Assembly (NCBI RefSeq): GCF_001194135.2 | Contig: NC_068994.1 | Span: forward strand, 44,471,759 to 44,535,758 | Direction: 5' to 3' | Length of the DNA stretch: 64,000 nucleotides | From: Octopus bimaculoides | Taxonomy: Eukaryota | Shown: positions 12,307-25,778 of the stretch, in pieces | Layout of the letters: each line of letters starts with the position of its first letter | Numbering within the stretch: the stretch's first letter is position 1 | Position numbers and translations under genes: made by a program | The notes under the pieces: model-generated | What the model saw: only the letters and a program-made list of their open reading frames with translations | Told to the model about the DNA's origin: nothing | Database searches by the model: none

Positions 12307-12982
12307 AGAAACGGCAGCAGCAGTATCATTAGCAACAGCAATAGCAACATCAGAAACAGTGCCAATAACAACAACAACAGCAGCAGCAGCAGTTGTAGCA
12401 TCACCAATACACAGGACCAGCAGCGGCAGCAGCGGCAGCAGCAGCAACACAACTAAGACAACAGTAATACCAACACCATAACAACAAGAACTCCACCACC
12501 TTCACACCACCACAACATCAACATCAACATCAACAACAATGAACCAATGAGAGAACCTCTATGCAGTTATTCAATCTGCTAGAAATAGTAGCCAAATCCC
12601 CCCTCGAATCACACATCACCATCTTAGCTGTATAATTTAAGTTTTAGTCCTTTTTTTCCTTGCTGATACGAAAAAAAAACAAATATGGGATGGGACGGGA
12701 TGGCCACAGCTGGAATGACCTGGGACGAAACAACAACAACAACAATATCATCATCAACAAATCTCCAACAACCATCAAACCATTGCTAATTGTAGTAACA
12801 GTGCCATTCATAAAAGCTGTGCCTAACATGTTAACATTAAAAACTGAGAGAGCCACTGCATGGTGGCTCAACTTGCAAGAAATAGCAGCTAAATTTCCCT
12901 CAAATTAACTCCACACCCTCACGTCCTGTTGCCTTAAAAAGCGAGAGACACAGCGAACAATGCTGTCTTAGATATTCACGTT

Positions 12983-14101
12983 GAAGGTGCGTGGCTAAGT
13001 GGTTAAGGTAATTGGCTCACATTCGTAAGGCCGTGAGTTCAATTTCAGGCAGTGCATTGTTGTCCTTGAGCAAGACACTTTATTTCATGTTGCTCCAGTC
13101 CACTCAGCTGGCAAAAATGAGAAGTACCTGTAATTCACAAGGGCCAGCCTTGTCACATTCTGTGTTACATTGAATTTCCCTGAGAACTACATTAAGGGTA
13201 CGCGAAGTGGCTGTGTGGTAAGTAGCTTGCTTACCAACCACATCGTTCCGGGTTCAGTCCCACTGCGTGGCACCTGGGGCAAGTGTTTTCTAGTACTGCC
13301 TCGGGCCGACCAAAGCCTTGTGAGTGGAATTGGTTGACGGAAACTGAAAGAAGCCCGTCGTATATATGCATGTGTGTGTGTGTGTGTGTCTGTGTGTGTA
13401 TGTTTGTGTGTCTGTGTTTGTCCATTGCTTGGCAATCGATGCTGGTGTGTTTACGTCCCTGTAACTTAGCGGTGCGACAAAAGAGACCGATAGAATAAGT
13501 ACCAGGCTTACAAAGAAAGATTCCTGGGTCGATTTGCTCGACTATAGCTGGTGCTCCAGCATGGCAGCAGTCAAATAACTGAAACAAGTAAAAGGAATAA
13601 AGGATAAAAGAATATGCATATACATGCACTCATATTTTCACGCTGTTCATTTTAAGACCTACTGATGTCCAGTTCTGTCAGCATGGTCTGCAGCTGATCT
13701 ATGGTTTGGCCGATGAGTACGATGTCACCAGTGCAACGGATGTGTGTTAGTAGCTCACCGTTGATATTCACCCCATCTGTTCATTGAATGTCGCTGATAG
13801 TAGTTTATAGACATGTCCATATTAATACAAAGGTACACACATGCATATATATCTATTTATATACATGTACGTATATGAAAAAATATATGAATTAATGCAT
13901 GNNNNNNNNNNGATTTGATTCGACTAAAGGCGGTGCTCCAGCATGGCTGCAGTCAAATGACCCAAAACAAGTAAAAGAGTAAAAGAGAGTAAAGAGAGTG
14001 TCTGTGGAGTTCTCAGCCACTTGTATATTAACTTCACAGGCAGGCTGTTCCATTAATTGGATCAACTGGAACCCTCGTCGTCGTAACTGACAGAGAGCCA
14101 C
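12983..14101 (+). mobile_element. SINE (D head, C body) split by a family A insertion
   Basis: The 5' part ends gggtacgcg (13204) and resumes tgtctgtggag (about 13997). The intact copy at 27959 reads gggtacacgtgtctgtggag. Confidence 0.8.
13207..13612 (+). mobile_element. Full-length SINE family A (tRNA-like head, CORE-like ccttgggcaagt, internal (TG)n, 3' module)
   Basis: gtggctgtgtggtaag...gggttcagtcccactgcgtggcacc...(tg)n...gctccagcatggc.gcagtcaaa..actgaaacaagtaaaag. Confidence 0.9.
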
Positions 14102-17100
14102 ACTGACATGATGGGCATGGCTAGAACACCCTTTGGATCAGGGATGACCTGGGCTGGGACAGGGTTAAATAGTAACAACAACAACAACAACAGCAACAGC
14201 AACAACAACAAACGCAGTCAATAACAAACAATGCAAGAGAGCCTGTAAGCAGTTACACACCCTGCTAGAAACAGAAATAGCAACCATATCACCCTCAAAT
14301 CAAAGCTGCTGTCTTATGCAAGGAAGGACATGTGTAATACAGTGCTTGAGATATGGAATGGTCATGTCTGGATTGACTTTGACCATGTATTGGGTCTGCC
14401 TTGTCATTGCTTACCTGGGGTCTAAACCACAACTGCTGCTGTTGCTACTACTACTACTACTACTACTACTGCAGCCAGTATTACCACCTCCACCACTAAC
14501 ACAATCACTACCCCACCACGACGACCATCACCACCACCACCACTGTTAACATTACACCACCACGATCAATAATACCACCAACAACAACAACCACAACAAC
14601 AACAGTACCAAGGCCACCAACCAATGCCACCACCATCATCACCATCACCATCATTAATCACCCCCGTCGCTGCCAACGCCACCACCACCACCACTGCTCC
14701 CCACACTGACAATGCAAACCAACACCACCACCAGCAATCTCACTCCTGCCACCACCACCACCACCACCACTAGCTTCAACACCAACAATACCATCACTAC
14801 TACCAGCACCACAACCACTACTACCACCACCACCACCACCACCACCACTACCACCACAACCACCACAAATACCAGATTGCCACCAACATCAAAATAACCA
14901 CCACCAGTACCATTGCCATCTCCACCACCACCACTACCACCAATGCCACCACCACACCACCACTGCCCCTAATACCATCAATACTATTGACAACATCAAC
15001 ACCACTAACTCTCTACAACAACACCAACCAAAAAAAAAAAGAACCTTTATATGACCATCCAATGTTGTGAGAAACAACAGCCACACCTCCCTCAAATCAC
15101 AACCTATTACCTTACTTAAAGATACACTGGAGAAAATGTAGTCCCTGATATTCAGATTGACAGAATGGTCGTGAATGGAACACCTCCCATCATAAGTCTC
15201 CACATTCAGTTCTGACCTAGGGTTAAATAATCACAGTGCACTAGCACCAACACATGTCAACATGGGGGGAGCCATTATGAGGTCAACCAAACTGCCCAGA
15301 AATAGCAGCTAAATCCTCTTTAAATCACATCATGCTGTCTTTAAAAAACAATGGAAGAACACATTGGATAATATAGTGTTAGATATGTTATGTTTTAAAA
15401 TATAATTGGATGGTCATATGTGGAACACCTTTGGACATGTCTGTTTAATCATAGCTGTCAATCTTTGGTCTTTTCGGTCAAGACTAACCTAGGGTTAAAT
15501 AACATCGACATCAACAAGATTATGAATGCCATAAGCCAATGAAGGAGCTTGAACCGCTAGAAATAGCAGCCAAATCTCCTTTGGTTAAAACCCTGCGCTT
15601 GTCAGTCCAAAGTACACGCAAGGCGAGGAAAAAAATTTGATGGGATGGTCATTGTTGGACTAACTTTGATCATAGGACTGAGTTGATAAGGGACTCCAAC
15701 AACAAGAACTACACTAAAAACAACACCGACAACAAGAGGGACGATAAGAACAACAACAACAACACCGCCAACACAATCAATATTGACACCACCAGGACCA
15801 GGACCAACAAAACCATGACCACCACCACCACAACCACCACCACTACCACCACGTACACTAATACCAACAATAACAGCGAAGGCACCACCAACGCCAACAC
15901 CAATACAAACATCAGCGCCAACACCATCGCCAATGTCAGAGCTTTAACAACAACAACAACAACAACAACGTCAAACGCGCCACCACCGCCACCACCAACA
16001 ACATCAGAGCCACCACCAGCACCACAACAGCAGTAACAGCAGCAGTAGGTGAGGAAGCTGCCTAGTTGTAGTTCTCTACCAAACTCTGGTATATTTGGTG
16101 TTTTACTAGCAACAACAGCAGCAGCTGCTATAGTAGTGCACACTTGATGCACACTGGTGATGTTGTTATTGTGTGCCAGCGGAGAGGACGATAGCGGCGG
16201 CGGCGGTAACGGCGGCGGCAGCGACGGTGGTAGCGGCGGCGGCAGCAGCGGTAGCAGCGGTAACGGCGGCGGTAGCGGCGGCGGCAGCAGCGGTAGCGGC
16301 GGTAGCGGTGAAGGTGGTGGTGTGAGGGGGCCTTCAGTTGTTAGCACAGCTGACGATGTTGATGATGACGATGATAAGGAAAAGCAACGATGATGATGAT
16401 GATGATGATGGTGATGCTGGCTTCTATCGTTACCACCACAGCTGCTGATGATGCTGATTGACAATGACGACGACGACGACGGGTGAGATGTTGCTTCCTT
16501 CTGTTGTTATCACAGCTAATGCTAATGATGACGACGATGTTGATGACGATGACGACGATGATAATGATGTCTTCTGTTGTTACCACAGCTGATGTTGATG
16601 ATAATGATGACAACGATGATGATGATGTTGATGATGATGGTGGTGGTGATGCTTCCTTCTGTTGTTAAAGGTCACAGTTGATGCTGTTGTTAAGGTGATG
16701 CTGCTGTTGGGAGACAACAGTGATGGGTAAATGATGAATGATGATGACAATGAAGACGACGACGACGACGATGATGATGATAGTGATGATGATGATGATG
16801 GTGATGGTGATGATGATGGTGGCTATAAAACTTGATGCTGTTGCTTTCAAACGTCGTTTATTTTAGCCCCAGGTCAACTCTGATCAAGCAGACAAGGGAC
16901 CTTGTACGACTGACTGATGTAGTATTCCAAACCATGACCATCCCGTCTATTTTTGTTTGTTTCTTTTTTTCTTTCCACTTTTATTTTTTTTTATATATAT
17001 ATATTTTGTTACTCAAACATATTGTATGCCTCCAAGAACTAACCACATCATTATTCTGTGTGACCCCCACCCCATTTCATTTTGTGGGAGATTCGGCTGT

Positions 17101-19199
17101 GATTTCTAGCAAACCATATGACCACATTGAAGCTCCTTTGTTGGCCCCCTAGTTACAATACAGATGTTATTGATTTGTTGATGATGATGGTGGTAATGAT
17201 GGTGATGGTGGTGGTGGTGGTGGCAATAGGAGAGGTGGTGACAGCAGTTGTGTGGTGGGGGTTGGGGGGGGAAGATGTTGTTGTTGTTGTTATGGGTTTA
17301 GCTCCCATCCAGGTCATTCAAGCAGACCTATTAATCAAGTAATGTATATTCCAGGCATGACCATCCCATCTTCGTGAGATGGTGCCTCGGACTAAATTTA
17401 ACCTAATGTACCTGTGCCCACCTTATCTTTTTTTAAGATGATGGAGTGTTCTGAGGGAGATTATTATGTTGTTTTTTTTTTGTTTAGGCTGTTATTTCCA
17501 GCAGTAGGTCAAGCCTCCACTCAGATGCTATTGTTGTTATTACTGTTGTTGTTGTTATTGGTGATGGTGGTGGTGATGGTGGTGGTGGTGCTCTGTTGTT
17601 GATGATGGTGGTGGTGGTGGTGGTGGTGGCAGTGGTGCTCTGTTGTTGATGATGATGATGATGATGGTGGTGATGGTGATGATGATGATTGTGATTGCAA
17701 CAGTAAAAGGTGATGTGGAAGGACGCTGTGACTTGTTGATGTTGGTGTCGATGTTGATGTCGTGGTTGTTTGTTTTCAATGGGAATGTTGATATCATTGT
17801 CACTGCTACAACTGCTAATAATGTTGCTACTGACGATGATGATGATGATGATGATGATGACAGCAATGACAATGACAAAATGATGGTGGTGGTGGTGGTG
17901 GTGGTGGTGCTTTAGTTGTAATGATATTGTCGTTTTTGCCCCCAAGTCGACCCAGATTGGACAAACCTATTATCAATCAGAATTCTTCCAGCCATGACTA
18001 CCTCATCTGTTTCCTTTTTTTTTTTNNNNNNNNNNNNNNNNNNNNNNNNNNNNNNNNNNNNNNNNNNNNNNNNNNNNNNNNNNNNNNNNNNNNNNNNNNN
18101 NNNNNNNNNNNNNNNNNNNNNNNNNNNNNNNNNNNNNNNNNNNNNNNNNNNNNNNNNNNNNNNNNNNNNNNNNNNNNNNNNNNNNNNNNNNNNNNNNNNN
18201 NNNNNNNNNNNNNNNNNNNNNNNNNNNNNNNNNNNNNNNNNNNNNNNNNNNNNNNNNNNNNNNNNNNNNNNNNNNNNNNNNNNNNNNNNNNNNNNNNNNN
18301 NNNNNNNNNNNNNNNNNNNNNNNNNNNNNNNNNNNNNNNNNNNNNNNNNNNNNNNNNNNNNNNNNNNNNNNNNNNNNNNNNNNNNNNNNNNNNNNNNNNN
18401 NNNNNNNNNNNNNNNNNNNNNNNNNNNNNNNNNNNNNNNNNNNNNNNNNNNNNNNNNNNNNNNNNNNNNNNNNNNNNNNNNNNNNNNNNNNNNNNNNNNN
18501 NNNNNNNNNNNNNNNNNNNNNNNNNNNNNNNNNNNNNNNNNNNNNNNNNNNNNNNNNNNNNNNNNNNNNNNNNNNNNNNNNNNNNNNNNNNNNNNNNNNN
18601 NNNNNNNNNNNNNNNNNNNNNNNNNNNNNNNNNNNNNNNNGGGGTGGGGTGGGGGTGGAGGAGGATGAGGAGCTTGCTTCCCGACAGTTTCCATCTAACG
18701 AAAATTCACTCAGGCCTGGGGCTATAGCAGAAGACACACTGACCACTCCCCCTACTTGGCCATACAGTCACCACACGATAACCATTCACCTACACTCTCC
18801 TTGTATCCTTGTCATACAGACCTCCCACATTGACCACACCCTTACTTATAGCCACATACACTGACCACCCACTCACAGAAACTCCTACAAAGCCATCCCA
18901 AGTTCTTTCAAACTTCCCTTCTTTTACAAACTATACAAACTCACATCTCTAAGCAGCCATTTGAGCTAATAGAAATAGCAGCTAAATCGCCCTCAGGCTG
19001 CACCCTGATGTTTTACAAATAGAAGTATGCATTGGAGAATGCTGCAAATTCTGACTTAAGATACACACTGTCCAAAAAAGGTGACCGGATGATTAAAGCT
19101 GAAACACTTTTGATTACACTGTGTAACAAAATTTTTATCTATTTATTGTCTTTGGTCAGTAAATGTTATTTCCTATTTGCTTCTATCTAGAAATCAGAG

Positions 19200-19495
19200 A
19201 AAATCACTACTATTCCTTTCAAACTTGCTTTTGTGATCTGGACATGAATGATTTGAAACTGACCCATTTTCCATTACATTTCAGACAGATTCAGTGCTGA
19301 GCTGCTGAAGCAGAAATATCGTTATAGCAAATATTCTGCTCAATACCACAGATTTGCTTGTCACTTGCTTGACCTTAACTAGTTGAGCATGTCCCTTAGT
19401 GGCTGACAAAATGCGCACTTCTGATCATGAGTAGGAGTAGTGGGGGAGCATCATAGCCATGTGTTGAGAGGGATTCTCTGGGGGTTTGAATGAAT
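19200..19495 (+). mobile_element. Interspersed repeat fragment of unknown class
   Basis: gatttgcttgtcacttgcttgaccttaactagttgagcatgtcccttagtggctgac..., a segment I recognise as a common octopus repeat. Single copy in this window; not verified. Confidence 0.4.
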
Positions 19496-20455
19496 GTAAT
19501 AAAAGTAAAGTTTGAAGGAAAAATTAGCCATTTTTCATACATTCTAGGAGTAAGCAAACAGGAAATAACAGCTGCTACCCAAGGACAGATATTGTGTTAT
19601 ATAGTGTTATAGATCTACTCAATTCGAGCTGAGTTGAGGCTAAACAACATCAACAACAACAACACTGTCAGCAACAGATCCAAAATATAAAGATATTTCA
19701 TAAATTGTAGACCAAGAATGTTTGATACAATTGTGTGCACACACTGTTAACAAATATCCTTGCCATATACGATGCACACACAATTCACCTTAGTTTTATA
19801 TAGGATTGTATATTTGGGGTCAAACATTGAATAAGCAAAACCCTTTTTCTTTATATATATTGATTTCTATTGACTAGGCACAAAGCCAAATTTTGTAAAA
19901 GAAAGCTCTATTCATATGAAATAAACCCCATTATATATAGTGATTTGTTTTATCAACCCATGGGGTATAATATTTCAATGTTAAGTCCTATGAGATTTGA
20001 ATTCATAACATGGAGATGCAACTAATTATTACAAGACTCTGTTAGTTTTGCCAACTCACCATTCCAATCTTGCATACATTAACTATTATATTACTGTTAT
20101 GAAATGATACCAGTTATGCCTTCCAGCACAAACATATAAACATGGTTAATAAACTATTTCTATGAAGTATTCTATGTATTTTATAGTTTCTGTTGTGCGT
20201 TCTATAAATATAGGATATAACTACCATTTAAGTGTGAAATTTCATTTAATGAAACAATGTTGGAATTTACCTAATTAATGCTGAGCATACTAATTTTCGG
20301 TAGTAACAAGGTTTTTTTTTTGGTTCCTTTGTTGTTTTTCTTTTAGTTTTTTTTTAGTTTTTTTTTTTTTATTATTTGTGAGTGTATGCAAAAAGAAGAA
20401 TATTTAAATTTTTATTTAGGTTAGAAATTCAAGTTCTAAATATTCACCATGTTCT

Positions 20456-20491
<36 letters not shown>

Positions 20492-20761
20492 CGCGCGTAT
20501 AAATTCTTGTATTCTTTTATTTGTTTCAGTCNNNNNNNNNNNNNNNNNNNNNNNNNNNNNNNNNNNNNNNNNNNNNNNNNNNNNNNNNNNNNNNNNNNNN
20601 NNNNNNNNNNNNNNNNNNNNNNNNNNNNNNNNNNNNNNNNNNNNNNNNNNNNNNNNNNNNNNNNNNNNNNNNNNNNNNNNNNNNNNNNNNNNNNNNNNNN
20701 NNNNNNNNNNNNNNNNNNNNNNNNNNNNNNNNNNNNNNNNNNNATATATATATATATATAT

Positions 20762-21145
20762 ATACGACAGGTTTCTTTCAGTTTCCGTCTACCAAATCCA
20801 CTCACAAGGCTTTGGTCGGCCCGAGGCTATAGTGGAAGACACTTGCCCAAGGTGTCATGCAGTGGGACTGAACCCGGAACCATGTGGTTGGGAAGCAAGC
20901 TTCTTACCACACAGCCACAGCTGCGCCTATAAATATATATATATATGGTATTACACACACATAAACACACACATATATAATGTAGTATATATATATATAT
21001 ATGCAACAGGTGTCTTTCAGTTCCTGTCTACCAAATCCACTTAAAAAAGCTTTGGTCACACCAGGGCTCTATTAGAAAACAGAGTGGTATTGAACCTAAA
21101 ACCATGTAGTCGGAAAGGGAACTTCTTAACCACACAGTCACACCT
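20762..21145 (-). mobile_element. Two SINE family A 5' halves in tandem
   Basis: Reverse-complement matches to the 13207-13365 head at 20762-20928 and, more diverged, at 21003-21143. Confidence 0.8.
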
Positions 21146-22763
21146 GAACTTATTCTTAATTAACCGGAATTTCCTTCTTAGACAGAGAATGAAGATAAAC
21201 ATCCAGCAACAACTGTTAGTGATTCTCAAAGGAAAGGGGAGATAATTTAAAGAAGCTAGGCATCAATCTTTGGAACTTTGGCTAATATGCTTAGGAGGAG
21301 AACAGTTTCATCCTGGTAGGTTGCAATGCAGAGAGCAGCACAGAATGTGGCAGCAGAGAAACGGTCAGGGGTCATAAACCTAGATGTAACCCAGCACCCT
21401 TGGAGTGTAAAGAGTTAAATGCCAACATGCTTGAGGTGGTATTGGTGGGGATTCTTCTCTGAGGGTCTTCTGCTCTTCAGTTCTCCCTAGAGTTTCTTAT
21501 TGTTTTGTTTACAAGTAAGGGACAAACCGTGAACATGTTTTTTGGTCTGTCATACTTCATCGATGTTACTAGTCAAGTACTGGGGTGAATAAAATTATGG
21601 CTCTTGTAGGAGAAATCATTATCATCATCATCATCCTCATCATCCATCATCATTATCATCATCATCATCATCATCATCATAATCACGCTCATCATCAACA
21701 CTCATCATCATCGTTATCATCAACACTATCACCACCACCACCACCACCAACAACAACAACATTATTCTTGTTATCATCATTGTCATCATCATCATTGTTG
21801 TTGTTGTCATCATTATNNNNNNNNNNNNNNNNNNNNNNNNNNNNNNNNNNNNNNNNNNNNNNNNNNNNNNNNNNNNNNNNNNNNNNNNNNNNNNNNNNNN
21901 NNNNNNNNNNNNNNNNNNNNNNNNNNNNNNNNNNNNNNNNNNNNNNNNNNNNNNNNNNNNNNNNNNNNNNNNNNNNNNNNNNNNNNNNNNNNNNNNNNNN
22001 NNNNNNNNNNNNNNNNNNNNNNNNNNNNNNNNNNNNNNNNNNNNNNNNNNNNNNNNNNNNNNNNNNNNNNNNNNNNNNNNNNNNNNNNNNNNNNNNNNNN
22101 NNNNNNNNNNNNNNNNNNNNNNNNNNNNNNNNNNNNNNNNNNNNNNNNNNNNNNNNNNNNNNNNNNNNNNNNNNNNNNNNNNNNNNNNNNNNNNNNNNNN
22201 NNNNNNNNNNNNNNNNNNNNNNNNNNNNNNNNNNNNNNNNNNNNNNNNNNNNNNNNNNNNNNNNNNNNNNNNNNNNNNNNNNNNNNNNNNNNNNNNNNNN
22301 NNNNNNNNNNNNNNNNNNNNNNNNNNNNNNNNNNNNNNNNNNNNNNNNNNNNNNNNNNNNNNNNNNNNNNNNNNNNNNNNNNNNNNNNNNNNNNNNNNNN
22401 NNNNNNNNNNNNNNNNNNNNNNNNNNNNNNNNNNNNNNNNNNNNNNNNNNNNNNNNNNNNNNNNNNNNNNNNNNNNNNNNNNNNNNNNNNNNNNNNNNNN
22501 NNNNNNNNNNNNNNNNNNNNNNNNNNNNNNNNNNNNNNNNNNNNNNNNNNNNNNNNNNNNNNNNNNNNNNNNNNNNNNNNNNNNNNNNNNNNNNNNNNNN
22601 NNNNNNNNNNNNNNNNNNNNNNNNNNNNNNNNNNNNNNNNNNNNNNNNNNNNNNNNNNNNNNNNNNNNNNNNNNNNNNNNNNNNNNNNNNNNNNNNNNNN
22701 NNNNNNNNNNNNNNNNNNNNNNNNNNNNNNNNNNNNNNNNNNNNNNNNNNNNNNNNNNNNNNN

Positions 22764-23118
22764 AGGGTTCCAGTTGATCCGATCAACGGAACAGCCTGCT
22801 CGTGAAATTAACGTGCAAGTGGCTGAGCACTCCACAGACACGTGTACCCTTAACGTAGTTCTCGGGGATATTCAGCGTGACACAAAGTGTGACAAGGCTG
22901 ACCCCTTTGAATTACAGGCACAACAGAAACAGGAAGTAAGAGTGAGAGAAAGTTGTGGTGGAAGAGTACAGCAAGGTTTGCCACCATCCCCTGCCAGAGC
23001 CTCGTGGAGCTTTTAGGTGTTTTCGCTCAATAAACACTCACAACGCCCGGTCTGGGAATCGAAACCGCGATCCTCTGACCACGAGTCCGCTGCCCTAACC
23101 ACTGGGCCATTGCGCCTG
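22764..23118 (-). mobile_element. Young SINE family C (3' end lost in gap)
   Basis: Closely similar by eye to the reverse complement of 27689-28041; tRNA-like head with ggtttcgattccc. Confidence 0.9.
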
Positions 23119-23224
23119 CACTCAGCTAACAATATATAAACAACAAAATCATCATAGTTATGTAAGGTAGTGTTCTAAGTCCTTTTATTAATCATCATAC
23201 ACTCAGATGTGATTAGAGAATTAA

Positions 23225-23735
23225 TTCACTACAGTTCTTAGTTACATGGATGCAGCTATGGTAACACTTAAGGTAAGGACAGCATGGAATGCTCTTGACA
23301 AGCTTAGAATAATTATGGAAGTTTTCCTTTACTGAGAACATGAAGAGGAGTTTCTTCAAAGCAATTGTTGAATCTCTATAGGTCTTCAGCATGGACACTG
23401 AAGCATGATGGTACATAAACGAGAATTCTTCATGCAGTTCTCAATCTTTCTTGGCAGCAATCTCTACACAGCAGTAAGTGTACATCTTCCTATCATCGCC
23501 TCAGCAATCAAAGGAAGAAGAACACATTATGCTGGACAATGCTGGAGGAGCAAAGATGATATATCCATTCATTGCTTTCTCTGGAAACCTATGCATGGAC
23601 ATCCAGGTATTAACAGACCAAGGAGAGCATATATGGTTCAACTTGTGGAAGACATTGGATATCAAGTTGAGGATAGGAAGACTTGCTATGAAGGATCAAG
23701 ACAACTGGCATAAAGAGTTATATTTGTCTGGGTAA
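23225..23735 (+). mobile_element. Old RTE-type LINE C-terminal fragment
   Basis: HLPIIASAIKGRRTHYAGQCWRSKDDI..LWKPMHGHPGINRPRRAYMVQLVEDIG, like the RTE post-RT region. Confidence 0.75.
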
Positions 23736-24866
23736 GTCACCCATCTGGAGAGATAGAGAAAGATTAGGACAGAAAATGATATCTCACAACTTTGCAGATA
23801 ACAGGACAGAGAAAAATATGAAGTTCAAATCAAAAAAGATCTGTGCTTTATGAAATAGTAAAGAATTATTCAATGCACAACTGCAAAAATAAAGAATCAA
23901 TCTTAAACAATTACAACACAGGAATCACCAACTCTGATAATGCATCTTCCTAACCCACTCAGCTGTTGTAAGCATCAGGTCAGATGCTAACCTTCTTTAT
24001 TAAAGACCTTGAAGTATTGTAAGCATTATAGCAAACAATAGCTCTGAACCATATAAATAACTACTCAGAAGATTGTCCTTCAATATTCTTTGTATATCAA
24101 GGAGTACATTGCCAGATATATCCTTCCTTCATTTTGAAAAGGTGATGAGAGAAAGAGATGTGGCTACTATTTCTGGTAGGTTGAGTACCTGCATGAGGGC
24201 TCCGTTTTTGGCTTATAAGGCTTAAATTATTATATAGATAGTGGTAAAAGTATATACAAAAAAAAAAAAACTAATAAAAATCTAGTGAAAGAAATACAAC
24301 GATTTGAAATTACCACTCTTCTGCCATAAAATGTGTGAGATTACATTGCAGAGAAGCATCAAGGGCACTAACTGTGGTTAGATGACTCATTAAAGATCTA
24401 ACTTGCAGATATGTGCTTTTTAAAATGTTTATTTATTAAATAAAACTAATCTATAGCAGTAAGATATGTGATGCCAACAGATATTAAAGAATGCATGAAT
24501 GAGTGCTACTGGCTGACTGCAAAGACTAACAATTGTAGCAGCAGCGGAAGAGAAAGAGAGAGAGAGACTTGAAATGATATTGGCAAGTGATCTATGAATA
24601 TTGTGGTCTAATCAATCAATATTCTAACTATATTATGTAAGTATGATAGAGTCAATTGCTTAATTTGTTTTTTCTTGATAATTAGAGGTAATTCATCAAT
24701 GGGTAATATTGACTTTGAGAAAGGAATAGGAGTTAGGATGTTGGAACTTTGCCATTGGATTCCAGCCCTGGTTCAGATTGTGAACTACATGTAGCAACAA
24801 AATACTCCACATGAAACTTTACCATGTATCCACCTGTCAGATATATTATTTAACTTTGAGAGGTTC

Positions 24867-25160
24867 TATGAAGGGATGCTGAAAAGTTCCTGGCTTTGAG
24901 TAAAAGAAAATACAGAAGGATCGATCAGTTGATTATGATTTCATTTAATGTATTCCCCTCTCAGGTTCACATACTTATTGCAGCAGTCCTTCAGTTTTTC
25001 TAAGCCCTGTAAAAGGATATGGATGGTTGGGCCCCCAACCAGGCCATTCACAATACCCTTAAAGCACTCCTTCATATAAGAGTGAATTATATTTTTTATG
25101 GTTAATACTCCAAGACCTGGGTCTCTGTGTCTAATTTTACCCACCTCCTGGTCTTCTGAG
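24867..25160 (-). mobile_element. Mariner-like transposon 3' end relic
   Basis: TIR-like tatgaagggatgctgaaaagttcc at 24867; minus frame GLEKLKDCCNKYVNLRGEYIK matches the mariner transposase C-terminus. Confidence 0.7.
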
Positions 25161-25177
25161 CAAAAAAATAAATAGTT

Positions 25178-25618
25178 GTAGCTGTGTGGTAAGAAGCTTG
25201 CTTCCCAACCACATGGCTCCAAGTTCAGTCCCACTGTGTGGCACCTTGGGCAAGTGTCTTCTACTACAGCCTCAGGCCCACCAGAGCCTTGAGAATGGAT
25301 TTGGTAGACAGACATTGAAAGAAGCCTGTCATATGTATATATGTGTGTATACATATGTGTGTATACATATGTGTGTATACATATGTGTGTGTGTGTTTGT
25401 CCCCCACCATCGCTTGACCACCAATATTGGTGTGTCTATGTCCCCGTAACTTAGCAGTTCAGCAAAAGAGACCAAAAGAATAAGTACTAGGCTTACAAAG
25501 AATAGGCCCGAGGTGGAGTGGGGGTCGATTTCTTTGACTAAAACCCTTTAAGGTGGTGCTCCAGCATGACTGCAGTCAAATGACTGAAACAAGTAAAAGA
25601 ATAAAAGAATGAAAGAAT
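25178..25618 (+). mobile_element. Full-length SINE family A
   Basis: Same modules as 13207-13612. Confidence 0.9.
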
Positions 25619-25778
25619 ATACAGTTCAAGAGTAACAATTGCAAGCAAACTAATGGACAGAATTGGTTGCATCTTCTTTTTCTGTGTGTTCTTCCTGACT
25701 GCTCTACTGGGAATCCAGCAGAGATGACGTTTAATCTATTCCCCTAATAGTAGGAATACGGTGTGACAGGGTTAGAAA

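Larger units (their letters stand above)
8565..17950. repeat. About 9 kb field of trinucleotide arrays (TAG, CAG, AAC, ACC, ATC, GAT, GGC) with embedded retroposons
   Basis: Read directly; includes gaps at 8942-9070 and 13902-13911. Confidence 0.9.
11755..19670. mobile_element. Cluster of at least 11 copies of retroposon-like family E with (AAC)n tails
   Basis: Shared motifs ctgctagaaatagcagccaaat..ccctcaaatcac...gatggtcatg.ctggaa...ctgacctagggctaaa(caa)n. Plus copies start near 11755, 12545, 12850, 14228, 15041, 15262, 15535 and 18955; minus copies near 16845, 17275 and 17910. Confidence 0.75.

Noticed and set aside
25600-25743. Possible downstream protocadherin exon (GNRLNVISAGFPVEQSGR...)
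   Set aside because: Weak acceptor, no donor, and the frame runs into a SINE; no recognisable motif.
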